Origin: a virus
Strand: one strand, 5' to 3'
Virus record (IMG/VR): IMGVR_UViG_3300009126_000404
Location: 1 to 64,000 of that record
Length of the DNA stretch: 64,000 nt
Part shown: positions 38,500-47,488 of the stretch, one piece after another
Layout: the number at the start of each line of letters is the position of its first letter
How positions within the stretch are numbered: the stretch's first letter is position 1
The notes under the pieces: generated by a model
Database searches by the model: none
Seen by the model: only the letters and a program-made list of their open reading frames with translations
What the model was told of the DNA's origin: nothing
Program-made: the position numbers and the translations under genes

Positions 38500-39279
38500 A
38501 TGAACATAGCAATATTCGGTTGCGGGTTTGTTGGTGGAACAGTAGCAGACTTCTTAGAAGAAACATACCAAGGTAATAAAAATAAAATAGTAAGAGTTGA
38601 TCCATTACTCTATCCAGAACAAGATCCACAAGAAGCGATAGCAAATGCAGATGGTATTATAATTTGTGTACCTACTCCTAGCCTATACTTTGGTGGATGT
38701 GATGATAGTATAATTCAAAAAATTTTAAAACTATGTAACGAAAGCACTCCTATATTACTTAAAAGTACAGTAACACCAGATTTAATACAATCATACCCAG
38801 ACAATGTAGTTTATAATCCAGAGTTTTTAAGAGAAGCACATGCAAAAGAAGACTTTGAAAATCAACATACATTTATATTAGGATACAACGAAGAAGACAC
38901 TATTAGCGAAGTATACGCCAAATGGTGGGCTGGTTTATTTAATAAGGCTGATTGGGATGTAATTTATACAAATAGACGTACTGCAAGTATGATAAAATAC
39001 ACACATAATGCATGGTTGTCTACTAAAGTAGCATGGTTTCACGAGCTATATAGTGAATTACCACCAGGTGTTGACTATGACACTTTATGTAGTGCCTTGG
39101 GTAGATTTCCTACTATTGGCTCGACACATATGCAAGTGCCAAACAGTAATGGAACCCTAGGATATAGTGGTAAATGCTTTCCTAAGGACCTAAAAGCCTT
39201 GACAAAAGTGGTAAAACATAGTATACTTAATACAGTAAAAAAGACTAATGATAAACTTAATAACTCTAAAGGAGAATAA
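38500..39279 (+). CDS. ugd: UDP-glucose/GDP-mannose dehydrogenase family protein (short form)
   Basis: GCGFVG, ICVPTP, LKSTV, YNPEFLRE, IKYTHN, GYSGKCFPKD catalytic Cys. Confidence 0.85.
   Translation: MNIAIFGCGFVGGTVADFLEETYQGNKNKIVRVDPLLYPEQDPQEAIANADGIIICVPTPSLYFGGCDDSIIQKILKLCNESTPILLKSTVTPDLIQSYPDNVVYNPEFLREAHAKEDFENQHTFILGYNEEDTISEVYAKWWAGLFNKADWDVIYTNRRTASMIKYTHNAWLSTKVAWFHELYSELPPGVDYDTLCSALGRFPTIGSTHMQVPNSNGTLGYSGKCFPKDLKALTKVVKHSILNTVKKTNDKLNNSKGE
39199..39227 (+). promoter_or_regulatory. intragenic sigma70-type promoter
   Basis: TTGACA (39199-39204), 17 bp, TATACT (39222-39227) inside the 3' end of ugd. Confidence 0.6.
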
Positions 39280-39280
39280 A

Positions 39281-39760
39281 ATGAAATATATAGTAACACT
39301 GATTGCAAGTATGTTCTTGTTTTCTAATATAGCATATGCTGAAAATATGTACTCTGAAGCAGATGAAGTAAATGCTCATGTGAGACATTATTTTGAAAAT
39401 GTAGAAATACAAACAAAAGTTTCAAATAGAACTTGCCAAGAAATTGATATACCTATATACAAAGATGAGAAATCATCAACTGGTGAAGTACTAGGTGGTG
39501 CAATTATCGGTGGTGTAATTGGTAATCAAATTGGTAAGGGCAAAGGTAACGATGCCGCTACTATTTTAGGTGCAATTTTAGGTGCTGATTTTGCCAATAA
39601 AAAAGGCAATAAAACTATTGTTGGTTATAAAAGAACAACAGTATGTGAAGACAACCCTACATTTGTAACTGAAGTGAAAAAAGTATACACTCACAGTATA
39701 ATTAGGTTCCAACAAAACGGAAAACAGTATAATATTAAATTCATTAAACACGACCAATAG
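39281..39760 (+). CDS. exported glycine-zipper protein
   Basis: Signal peptide; LGGAIIGGVIGNQIGKGKGNDAATILGAILG; AAGGAG RBS before ATG 39281. Confidence 0.85.
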   Translation: MKYIVTLIASMFLFSNIAYAENMYSEADEVNAHVRHYFENVEIQTKVSNRTCQEIDIPIYKDEKSSTGEVLGGAIIGGVIGNQIGKGKGNDAATILGAILGADFANKKGNKTIVGYKRTTVCEDNPTFVTEVKKVYTHSIIRFQQNGKQYNIKFIKHDQ

Positions 39761-39771
39761 AGGGCAATATC

Positions 39772-40671
39772 TTGCAAAAACTTAGATATAGTGAAGCATT
39801 CTATTCAGTACAAGGTGAAGGTAAATTCGTAGGAGTACCTAGTGTATTCCTACGTACATTTGGTTGTAACTTTCGTTGTATGAACTTTGGACTAAATAGG
39901 AATGAGCCTAGTCGTGCAGAAAAACATGCACAAGGCAATCGTTATAATGATGAAGTTAAACTTCTATTAGATAATAAAGTACATGAAACTACAACTAATT
40001 TTAATGACTTACCTATTATACATACAGGATGTGACACTTATGCAAGTATCTATCCAGAATTTAAACATTTTAATAAAGAAGGAACAGTAGATGAAGTAGT
40101 AGATCATCTATTAAGTCTAACACCAGAGGGTAAGTGGACTTGCGATAATGGCCAGGATATACATCTTATATTAACTGGTGGCGAACCGTTGTTAGGGTGG
40201 CAACGATTGTACGTCGATTTATTTAATCACCCACGTATGAAGGATTTAAAAAATGTTACATTTGAAACAAACACTACACAACACTTACACAAAGATCTTA
40301 AAGACTTTCTTAGTAATCAAGACAGATTACAGATCACATGGAGCTGTAGTCCTAAACTCTCCGTTAGTGGAGAATCTTGGAGCGATGCTATACTTCCTGA
40401 TGTTGCTACTGAGTATAGTAGCACTAATGGTAGTAGCATTTACCTTAAATTCGTTGTTGCTGATCGTCGTGATATTGATGAAGCTGGTAGAGCAGTTGAT
40501 GAATATCGTAAAGCAGGCTTGGAATGCCCTGTGTACCTTATGCCATTGGGTGGTAGATCAGAAGAATACAATCTTAACGTCAAAGAAGTCGCAGACATCT
40601 GTATGGAACGAGGGTGGAGATTCTCACCCAGATTACACATCAGCCTCTTCGGCAATGCATGGGGAACATAA
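39772..40671 (+). CDS. queE: 7-carboxy-7-deazaguanine synthase (radical SAM)
   Basis: YSEAFYSVQGEG...PSVFLRTFGCNFRC, GCDT, LTGGEP, FETN, CSPK, RFSPRLH; TTG start. Confidence 0.9.
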   Translation: MQKLRYSEAFYSVQGEGKFVGVPSVFLRTFGCNFRCMNFGLNRNEPSRAEKHAQGNRYNDEVKLLLDNKVHETTTNFNDLPIIHTGCDTYASIYPEFKHFNKEGTVDEVVDHLLSLTPEGKWTCDNGQDIHLILTGGEPLLGWQRLYVDLFNHPRMKDLKNVTFETNTTQHLHKDLKDFLSNQDRLQITWSCSPKLSVSGESWSDAILPDVATEYSSTNGSSIYLKFVVADRRDIDEAGRAVDEYRKAGLECPVYLMPLGGRSEEYNLNVKEVADICMERGWRFSPRLHISLFGNAWGT

Positions 40672-40694
40672 AGATCAAATGGAAAGGGCAAGAA

Positions 40695-40847
40695 ATGCAG
40701 GATTATAGAGAAGAACTCGCTAAAGAAATATACTATAATGGATATTATGCAAAAGAAATTCAAGCACAATATCCAAAGTTTGAAGATTATTTAAATTCAG
40801 AAGACTTTGATGAAGATGCACAAAGACTAAGAAACAAATTTGACTAA
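40695..40847 (+). CDS. small hypothetical protein
   Basis: MQDYREELAKEIY...; gap-filling and coupled to the next gene. Confidence 0.5.
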   Translation: MQDYREELAKEIYYNGYYAKEIQAQYPKFEDYLNSEDFDEDAQRLRNKFD

Positions 40848-40860
40848 ACAGGAGAAGTAT

Positions 40861-41037
40861 ATGACAAAAATGGATTTTGAATTTCAACAATGGATACAAC
40901 AAACATGGATGGAACATTTAGATGAAAAGTTTCATTGGAAAGAAAAAGTAGATTACACCCAAGAAGAGTGGCTTAAGAAGAATTTAGAGTTTTTAACTAA
41001 CAAGTTTCAAGAAACAAAGGAGAAAGCAAATGGCTAA
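40861..41037 (+). CDS. small hypothetical protein
   Basis: GGAGAAG RBS before ATG 40861. Confidence 0.55.
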   Translation: MTKMDFEFQQWIQQTWMEHLDEKFHWKEKVDYTQEEWLKKNLEFLTNKFQETKEKANG

Positions 41038-41239
41038 TATATACAGTGTTTTTAATGTACATACAAGAAAAGTTATCGCAGAAGGGTTTGATAAAAAAGC
41101 AGATGCTAAAGCCAAACGTGATGAACTTTGTAAAGACTCACATGACAAATGGGCTAAGAAAGTTAAAGATGATAAGGATTTAAGTAAACCATTTCCTTAT
41201 ATCGTAGTAAAAGGAACGGAACACCCAAGAGTACTATGA
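41030..41239 (+). CDS. small hypothetical protein
   Basis: AAGGAG RBS; 69 aa ending VVKGTEHPR. Confidence 0.6.
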   Translation: MANIYSVFNVHTRKVIAEGFDKKADAKAKRDELCKDSHDKWAKKVKDDKDLSKPFPYIVVKGTEHPRVL

Positions 41240-42333
41240 AGCAAGGCAATTATATATTTACAAGCGAAAGTGTAAGTGCAGGACATCCTGACAAAGTAGC
41301 AGACCAAATTAGTGATGCATTAGTTGATGCAGGACTTAAAAATGGTGATGAAACAACACGAGTAGCGGTAGAAACATTAGTAACTACTAATATGGTAACA
41401 GTAGCAGGCGAAGTAAAAAACTTTAATGTTACTAAAGATCAAGTAGACGACATTATTCGTAACAAAGTTAAAGAAATTGGTTATGAACAAGATGGCTTCC
41501 ATTGGGAGAAATTAAAAATTCATAATTATATACATTCACAGAGCAAAGATATTGCTCTAGGAACAGATAGTTTTGGTGCAGGAGATCAAGGAATTATGTT
41601 TGGTTATGCTTGTAATGATAACGAAGCAATGATGCCAGCACCTATTTACTATGCACATAAGATTTTAAAAGAATTAGACAATAAGCGTCGAGGTGGATAT
41701 GAATATATGTTACCAGATGCAAAATCACAAATAAGTATTCAATATGAAGGCGGCGAGCCTAAACGTGTTGATCAAATAGTAGTATCACATCAACATACAA
41801 AAGGATTTGAACATAGTATTAAAATGCCGTGCAGAAATGCGGCTGAAAAAGTATTAGGAGATTTAGTAGATGAATCAACAAATTGGTATATTAACCCTAC
41901 AGGAATATTCGAAACTGGAGGACCAGATGGTGACACAGGCCTTACTGGCAGAAAAATTATTGTGGATACTTATGGTGGGTATGCTCCTCACGGTGGCGGT
42001 GCATTTAGTGGTAAAGATCCTACAAAAGTAGATAGAAGTGCGGCGTACATAGCACGTTGGTTAGCAAAGAATGTTGTAGCTGATGAAATGGCAGACTGGT
42101 GTAGTATCCAATTAAGTTATGCAATTGGTGTAAAAGAACCTACAAGCATTTATGTAGACTCAAATGGGCATAATAGAAGTATTCAAAAGTTTATTGAGGA
42201 AAATATAGACTTAACACCAAAAGGAATCATTGACAGATTTGGATTATTTAAGTATAATGAGTATAGTAAGAATTGTGTATATGGACACTTTGGCGACAAA
42301 GATGTACCATGGGAAAGGATAGGATGGAAATGA
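41236..42333 (+). CDS. metK: S-adenosylmethionine synthetase
   Basis: FTSESVSAGHPDKVADQISD, GAGDQG, GGPDGDTGLTGRKIIVDTYGG, GKDPTKVDRS. Confidence 0.97.
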   Translation: MKQGNYIFTSESVSAGHPDKVADQISDALVDAGLKNGDETTRVAVETLVTTNMVTVAGEVKNFNVTKDQVDDIIRNKVKEIGYEQDGFHWEKLKIHNYIHSQSKDIALGTDSFGAGDQGIMFGYACNDNEAMMPAPIYYAHKILKELDNKRRGGYEYMLPDAKSQISIQYEGGEPKRVDQIVVSHQHTKGFEHSIKMPCRNAAEKVLGDLVDESTNWYINPTGIFETGGPDGDTGLTGRKIIVDTYGGYAPHGGGAFSGKDPTKVDRSAAYIARWLAKNVVADEMADWCSIQLSYAIGVKEPTSIYVDSNGHNRSIQKFIEENIDLTPKGIIDRFGLFKYNEYSKNCVYGHFGDKDVPWERIGWK

Positions 42334-42605
42334 GCATGTTTGATAAATTAAAGAAAATAGTTTCAAAGAACGAAAAAGAGATTTCAGCAAAAGAGCAGGC
42401 AACTGCTCGTGGAGAAGCCTACGTTAAGGTACTTGATGTTAAATTCGACAAAGATAATCCAGGTGATGGATACTTTGAATTAGAATGGAATAAAATATTT
42501 GTAAAGAAGTTACTTGATGCAGGCTACAGTGGTGACAAAGATGACGAAATTGTTGATGCATGGTTTACAGGTCTTTGTAGACAAATAGCTGACGACCAAT
42601 CTTAA
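42330..42605 (+). CDS. conserved phage hypothetical protein
   Basis: GYFELEWNKIF...IVDAWF; start ATG 42330. Confidence 0.65.
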   Translation: MSMFDKLKKIVSKNEKEISAKEQATARGEAYVKVLDVKFDKDNPGDGYFELEWNKIFVKKLLDAGYSGDKDDEIVDAWFTGLCRQIADDQS

Positions 42606-42620
42606 TACATAGGATAATAT

Positions 42621-43616
42621 ATGATGAGCTACATTTTAGTAGATGCGGCTAACATGTTTTTTAGAGCAAAGCATGTAGTACGTGGCAATGATATGCAAAC
42701 AAAAGTTGGCATGAGTTTTCACATCATGTTTAATAGTATTAATAAAGTATGGCGAGAACAAAAAGGTTCGCACGTTGTTCTATGTTTAGAAGGACGTAGT
42801 TGGCGTAAAGATGTTTATGAGCCTTATAAACGTAATAGGCAAGCCACACGTGATGCTCTTACAGAAAAAGAACAAGAAGAAGATAAAGCATTTTGGGAAG
42901 CCTTTGATGAGCTACAACAATTCTTTATTAATAAAACTAATTGCACGGTATTACAACACAATGATGTAGAAGCAGATGACTTTATTGCTCGTTGGATACA
43001 AAACCATCCTAATGATAAACATTGTATAGTAAGTAGTGATGGTGACTTCTATCAACTTATCAGTGAAAACGTTAGTCAGTATAATGGAATCATGGGTCAA
43101 CTAATTACACATGAAGGTGTATTTGACGATAAGGGCAATCCTATCATAGACAAGAAAACTAAAGAGCCAAAACAAATAGGTGACCCAGAATGGATATTGT
43201 TTGAAAAATGTATCCGTGGTGATACAAGTGATAATGTATTCAGTGCATTTCCAGGTGCTCGTAAAAAAGGCACTAAGAATAAAGTTGGTATGATGGAAGC
43301 CTTTGCAGATAAAGATAATAAAGGTTTTAATTGGAATAACTTTATGTTACAACGTTGGGTGGATCATGAGAATAATGAGCACCGTGTATTAGAAGATTAC
43401 GAACGTAATAAAATACTTATTGATCTTACACAACAACCAGATGAAATTAAAGAAAAACTAGATGGAGCTATTGTAGAACAAGTACAAAAAGAATCTAAAG
43501 CAAACGTAGGTATTCATTTTATGAGATTTTGTGGTAAATGGGATTTACAAAGAGTTGTCGATAAAGCACAAGACCATTCCAATTATTTAAATTCAAGTTA
43601 TGCCAATGCAAACTAA
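42621..43616 (+). CDS. rnh: T4 RNase H-like 5'-3' exonuclease (FEN superfamily)
   Basis: ILVDAANMFF, EADDFI, SSDGDFYQL, IRGDTSDNV H3TH motif. Confidence 0.88.
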   Translation: MMSYILVDAANMFFRAKHVVRGNDMQTKVGMSFHIMFNSINKVWREQKGSHVVLCLEGRSWRKDVYEPYKRNRQATRDALTEKEQEEDKAFWEAFDELQQFFINKTNCTVLQHNDVEADDFIARWIQNHPNDKHCIVSSDGDFYQLISENVSQYNGIMGQLITHEGVFDDKGNPIIDKKTKEPKQIGDPEWILFEKCIRGDTSDNVFSAFPGARKKGTKNKVGMMEAFADKDNKGFNWNNFMLQRWVDHENNEHRVLEDYERNKILIDLTQQPDEIKEKLDGAIVEQVQKESKANVGIHFMRFCGKWDLQRVVDKAQDHSNYLNSSYANAN

Positions 43617-43637
43617 TTCAGTACTGAAAGGTATAAC

Positions 43638-43799
43638 CTGACGATAGAAGACGGAATATTACTGTTTATTATAGGTATGTCAATAACAGTAATAGGATTT
43701 TACATTGCATACACTATAGGTTCACGAGAACTAGAAAAAAGAACTAAACCAAAATCAATAAATCCAATAGATGAGTTTAGGGAAAGATTAGAGAAATAA
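43638..43799 (+). CDS. 53-aa single-TM protein, apparent CTG start
   Basis: Read by hand: GAAAGG then CTG; (M)TIEDGILLFIIGMSITVIGFYIAYTIGSRE...; fills the gap. Confidence 0.45.
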   Translation: MTIEDGILLFIIGMSITVIGFYIAYTIGSRELEKRTKPKSINPIDEFRERLEK

Positions 43800-43801
43800 A
43801 T

Positions 43802-43996
43802 ATGGAAAAACTATATAGAGAGTTTGAAAAATTATCAATGAAACATGACCCATTAGCGTCAGCAGGAATAATGATGGCTCAAGCACTTAAAATTTATAAG
43901 GCTATATTATCTAAAGAAGAATATGATATGATGACTGAACATATATTAGAAAGTAGAGATGATATAGTACAACTTGAGAAGCCAACATTAAATTAA
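43802..43996 (+). CDS. small hypothetical protein
   Basis: 64 aa, DPLASAGIMMAQALKIYK. Confidence 0.6.
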   Translation: MEKLYREFEKLSMKHDPLASAGIMMAQALKIYKAILSKEEYDMMTEHILESRDDIVQLEKPTLN

Positions 43997-44006
43997 TAGG
44001 TAATAA

Positions 44007-45452
44007 ATGAAAATTAATATTATAGGTGGTGGTACAAGTGGTTGGTGGACTGCTGGCTATCTAAGAAAAAATCATCCTGAGTTAGAAATAACACTAATAG
44101 AATCTCCTAGAATTCCTACACTCGGTGTAGGTGAAAGTACTCAGCCAAATGTTCGTGCGTTCTTTGAAGAATTAGAAATATCAGAAGCCGATTGGATTAA
44201 ATCATGTAGTGGTGTTAGAAAGCAGGGTAATATGAAATCTAACTTCAAACATGTCGGCGATGAACCTTTTAACTTTATGTTTATACACACTGGTTGGGAC
44301 GAATGGTTTCAAAAGTATAAAAAAGGTGAAGTAGAAAGAAACAGTATCTACGACCAATACAATCCGGATGACTGGAGAGGATTTGCATATCACATTGATG
44401 CTTTACAAGCATGGCAAATTGTAAAAGAATATACAAAAGATATTAATCATATATATGCAGAAGTAACCAGAGATACTCTCCCAGAAGCAGACTTACATAT
44501 AGACTGTACTGGATTTCGCCGGGCTCTTATACCAGATAAGACATTACATAGATATCCAGATACACTTAATAACTCTTGCGTTGTGAGACGAGTAGAAGAA
44601 GATACAAAAAATCATACTGAAACCATAGGGCGAGATTATGGATGGGAGTTTAACGTGTATCTAAGCGACAGGAGAGTCGGCTGTGGCTACGTTTTCAATC
44701 AAGACATGATAAGTGTAGACCAAGCAAAAGAAGAATATATGAAAAACAACGGACATAGAAAGTTCTTAAGTGATTTTCTACTGTTAGAATGGGAACCTGG
44801 TAGACTTGAACGTTCATGGCAAGGTGATACTGTAGCAGTAGGATTAAGCAGTGGATTTGTAGATCCATTGGAAGCCAACGCATTAAGTCTGCTTATTCAT
44901 CAAATTAGAACATTATCTAAGGTACTTCATAAACCTAACAGAGAAAAGATATACAATAGAGCAGTGGCAAAAGTACAGGATGAAGCCGCTCTCTTTATTT
45001 GGTGTCATTTTGCATGTTCTTCCCGAAATGATACACCATACTGGCAACATTATTATGCCCTTGATGGTGAATCAGTTTTATGGGACCGTGTTAGTAAAAA
45101 TACCAACTTAGAATTAAACATGTTTCCGTCTTACGTATACGAATACCTTGCTATATATTATGACCTTGTAAAAAGAGAATATAATAAAGATAATTTAGTC
45201 GAAAGACTTAGAAAGGAACAGTTAGTAGTTACATTTACTAAACTAAATGGTGATAAAAGAATTATGACTTGCACGTTAAATCCTAAATTTATTCCAGAAG
45301 ATCAAATGCCCAAATCTAATAAACCTACAAAAACTCTTAGTGAAAAACAATTAGAAAACATTGGTGTTTATGATATTAATGCAAAGGCTTGGCGTAGTTT
45401 TAAGGTTAATAGAGTTACTGATGTACAAACACATGAACAACTTAAAGATTAA
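44007..45452 (+). CDS. tryptophan halogenase-like flavoprotein fused to a C-terminal WYL-like (DUF2693-type) domain
   Basis: IIGGGTSGW, LGVGEST, IDCTGF, GFVDPLEA; last 90 aa VTFTKLNGDKRIMTCTL...VYDINAKAWRSFKV. Confidence 0.75.
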   Translation: MKINIIGGGTSGWWTAGYLRKNHPELEITLIESPRIPTLGVGESTQPNVRAFFEELEISEADWIKSCSGVRKQGNMKSNFKHVGDEPFNFMFIHTGWDEWFQKYKKGEVERNSIYDQYNPDDWRGFAYHIDALQAWQIVKEYTKDINHIYAEVTRDTLPEADLHIDCTGFRRALIPDKTLHRYPDTLNNSCVVRRVEEDTKNHTETIGRDYGWEFNVYLSDRRVGCGYVFNQDMISVDQAKEEYMKNNGHRKFLSDFLLLEWEPGRLERSWQGDTVAVGLSSGFVDPLEANALSLLIHQIRTLSKVLHKPNREKIYNRAVAKVQDEAALFIWCHFACSSRNDTPYWQHYYALDGESVLWDRVSKNTNLELNMFPSYVYEYLAIYYDLVKREYNKDNLVERLRKEQLVVTFTKLNGDKRIMTCTLNPKFIPEDQMPKSNKPTKTLSEKQLENIGVYDINAKAWRSFKVNRVTDVQTHEQLKD

Positions 45453-45882
45453 AGAAATTATAAAAGAAAAATACTGGATAGTAGAAAGTCAATTCGGTAA
45501 AGTAGGTACCTTACGTAAAGTAGATAAAGGATATGAGTTCTTTGATCAGAATAATAACACTACAGAACTATTAAATAGCCTTACAGGCTTCAAATCCGTT
45601 AATACAGCAGAGATCGGTGGCGACCTGCAAGTGTATAAAGGGTTACCAACGAACACGAGTATTTTACACCCTGTAGAGCATGAAACATTGCCATTGTTTA
45701 AAAAAGCCAAAAATGGTAAAACTATATTTGTTGCAGGTTATTACATTTTAAAATACGAAGGTATGGGTTGGCAACATGCATTTTGTCCTAAATTAGAAAC
45801 CATAAATAAGTATGAGCATAGAGGACCATATTTCACAGAATGGGATATGAATTTAAACTTAAGAAAGGCAAAACAAGAATGA
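45433..45882 (+). CDS. conserved phage hypothetical protein
   Basis: KYWIVE...FVAGYY...HAFCPKL...RGPY; start uncertain (45421 or 45433). Confidence 0.65.
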   Translation: MNNLKIKEIIKEKYWIVESQFGKVGTLRKVDKGYEFFDQNNNTTELLNSLTGFKSVNTAEIGGDLQVYKGLPTNTSILHPVEHETLPLFKKAKNGKTIFVAGYYILKYEGMGWQHAFCPKLETINKYEHRGPYFTEWDMNLNLRKAKQE

Positions 45883-46328
45883 ATATAAGATTTAGTTATG
45901 TAATAGGAACATTTTTACTTCTACTTTTAGTGCTACCAACATTTGCTTCAAGCAATGCTGAAGCACAACCAATGAATCCAAGTACATTATTAGAGACACC
46001 CAATGCAGTAGAAGACCAAACAGAACCAGAAGCTACTCCAGAAGATGTACCTCAAATATCTCAATGGAAATATTTAAATAGACAAATATTATGTAACACA
46101 ATACAAGTTATAAAAACTATATTAACAACTCGCGGTCAAGAGTTACTTGTAACAGGACATAAACCACCAGAATACGTACCAAGTGATCCATTTGACGCAA
46201 TTATTATTACTAGAAATCCGGAAACAATGGAATATACTATTCTAATAGTAAAAACTGATCAAAACCTAGCTTGTGTAATTGCATCTGGCACAAGTATGAA
46301 GACAATAGAAGAAATGGAACAAGAATAG
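45879..46328 (+). CDS. exported hypothetical protein
   Basis: Signal peptide; ILCNT...LACVIASG; start ATG 45879. Confidence 0.65.
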   Translation: MNIRFSYVIGTFLLLLLVLPTFASSNAEAQPMNPSTLLETPNAVEDQTEPEATPEDVPQISQWKYLNRQILCNTIQVIKTILTTRGQELLVTGHKPPEYVPSDPFDAIIITRNPETMEYTILIVKTDQNLACVIASGTSMKTIEEMEQE

Positions 46329-46400
46329 TTATGAATTAAACCATTAACTGGTGTTTTTTCGGCAAGTATTGCTAAATACATGTAACAGGAGAAACATTTA

Positions 46401-46694
46401 ATGGCACGACCAAAACCTACAATTATACTTGATCAGGTAGATAAAAGTTATAATAGTGAACAAATTTTAAAAGCAGATGCGATATACGCAGTATATTACG
46501 AAGGGAATCCGATTAATTTAAGAACAATGAATACATTAGTAAATTATCCTGGTCCAAAATATAAGAAGGTAAGTTTCTCAAATAGTGGACATGCATTTAA
46601 CCTAGCAGATAGACTTAATAAAAAGTTTAATACTGACTTGTTTAGTGTAATGAAATTAATAAACGGTGAAACAGTCACGAGAGATTCAAAATAG
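46401..46694 (+). CDS. conserved jumbo-phage hypothetical protein (MARPKP...)
   Basis: MARPKP...YPGPKYKKVSFSNSGHAFNLA, recalled from large phages; TAAATA box upstream. Confidence 0.7.
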   Translation: MARPKPTIILDQVDKSYNSEQILKADAIYAVYYEGNPINLRTMNTLVNYPGPKYKKVSFSNSGHAFNLADRLNKKFNTDLFSVMKLINGETVTRDSK

Positions 46695-46983
46695 TCAAGC
46701 TAAGTTAATTAGTTTGATAGAACGTGACAGTTTGAAACCGAAAGAAATATTTAAAAATACACATACTTTACGTTTAACAAAGTATGGAAAAAACTTATTA
46801 AGTAAAAAATATGACGCTTACCAATTTGAATCTCCAAAGTTAAGTGCCAAAAACCTTATTAACCTTTTACGAAAAATGAGATATCCTTACTATGTTGACA
46901 AGAGTATAATAGTTTTGTTTACAGAGAAAGATGCATTTGTAGTAAAACTAGCTGGAGCCCAAGGGTGGTTAGATGGCAAATAG
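46666..46983 (+). CDS. hypothetical protein
   Basis: TLRLTKYG...MRYPYY; GTG start uncertain. Confidence 0.6.
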   Translation: MKQSREIQNSQAKLISLIERDSLKPKEIFKNTHTLRLTKYGKNLLSKKYDAYQFESPKLSAKNLINLLRKMRYPYYVDKSIIVLFTEKDAFVVKLAGAQGWLDGK

Positions 46984-47182
46984 AAATAATAAAGTAGAAA
47001 TACCAGATACCATAGTAGTACACTGTACTGATAATGATCAAGACGTAGAAGTGGAATACATATCTCAATACAACGATATAATAAGAACAAGTCTACAAGG
47101 AATACCATTAAACTTTAAACATCATAGAGCAAACATATACGTTGCAAACGCCCATGGTAGAGAATTTGTAATGAAATTATGA
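46973..47182 (+). CDS. small hypothetical protein
   Basis: VHCTDN...YVANAHGREF; coupled ORF. Confidence 0.6.
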   Translation: MANRNNKVEIPDTIVVHCTDNDQDVEVEYISQYNDIIRTSLQGIPLNFKHHRANIYVANAHGREFVMKL

Positions 47183-47487
47183 GCAAGTTAGACTTACATG
47201 GTTATAAAATTCATGATGCTTGGAAAGAGTTTTCTAAGCACGTAACTGAATGTTACTTTAATAATATTAAGCAAACTACAATAATTACAGGGCAAGGCAA
47301 AATAGCAGAAGAAATAATAGCATGGGTACATGCAAATCAATATTGTAAAACAGCTGAACGCAACGATAATAATAGTGGTGCAGTTGTAGTACATATCAGA
47401 AAAAATAAAGATAATCAAACGGCTAGTACTATAGAAAAGCCTAAAGTAGACTTATCGCCTTTATTAAAAAAATTTGGAAGTTATTAA
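47179..47487 (+). CDS. stand-alone Smr-domain protein
   Basis: KLDLHG and TIITGQGK motifs. Confidence 0.8.
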   Translation: MSKLDLHGYKIHDAWKEFSKHVTECYFNNIKQTTIITGQGKIAEEIIAWVHANQYCKTAERNDNNSGAVVVHIRKNKDNQTASTIEKPKVDLSPLLKKFGSY

Positions 47488-47488
47488 T

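Noticed and set aside
40253-40708. 151-aa alternate-frame ORF overlapping queE
   Set aside because: Fully overlaps a well-supported gene and shows no motif.
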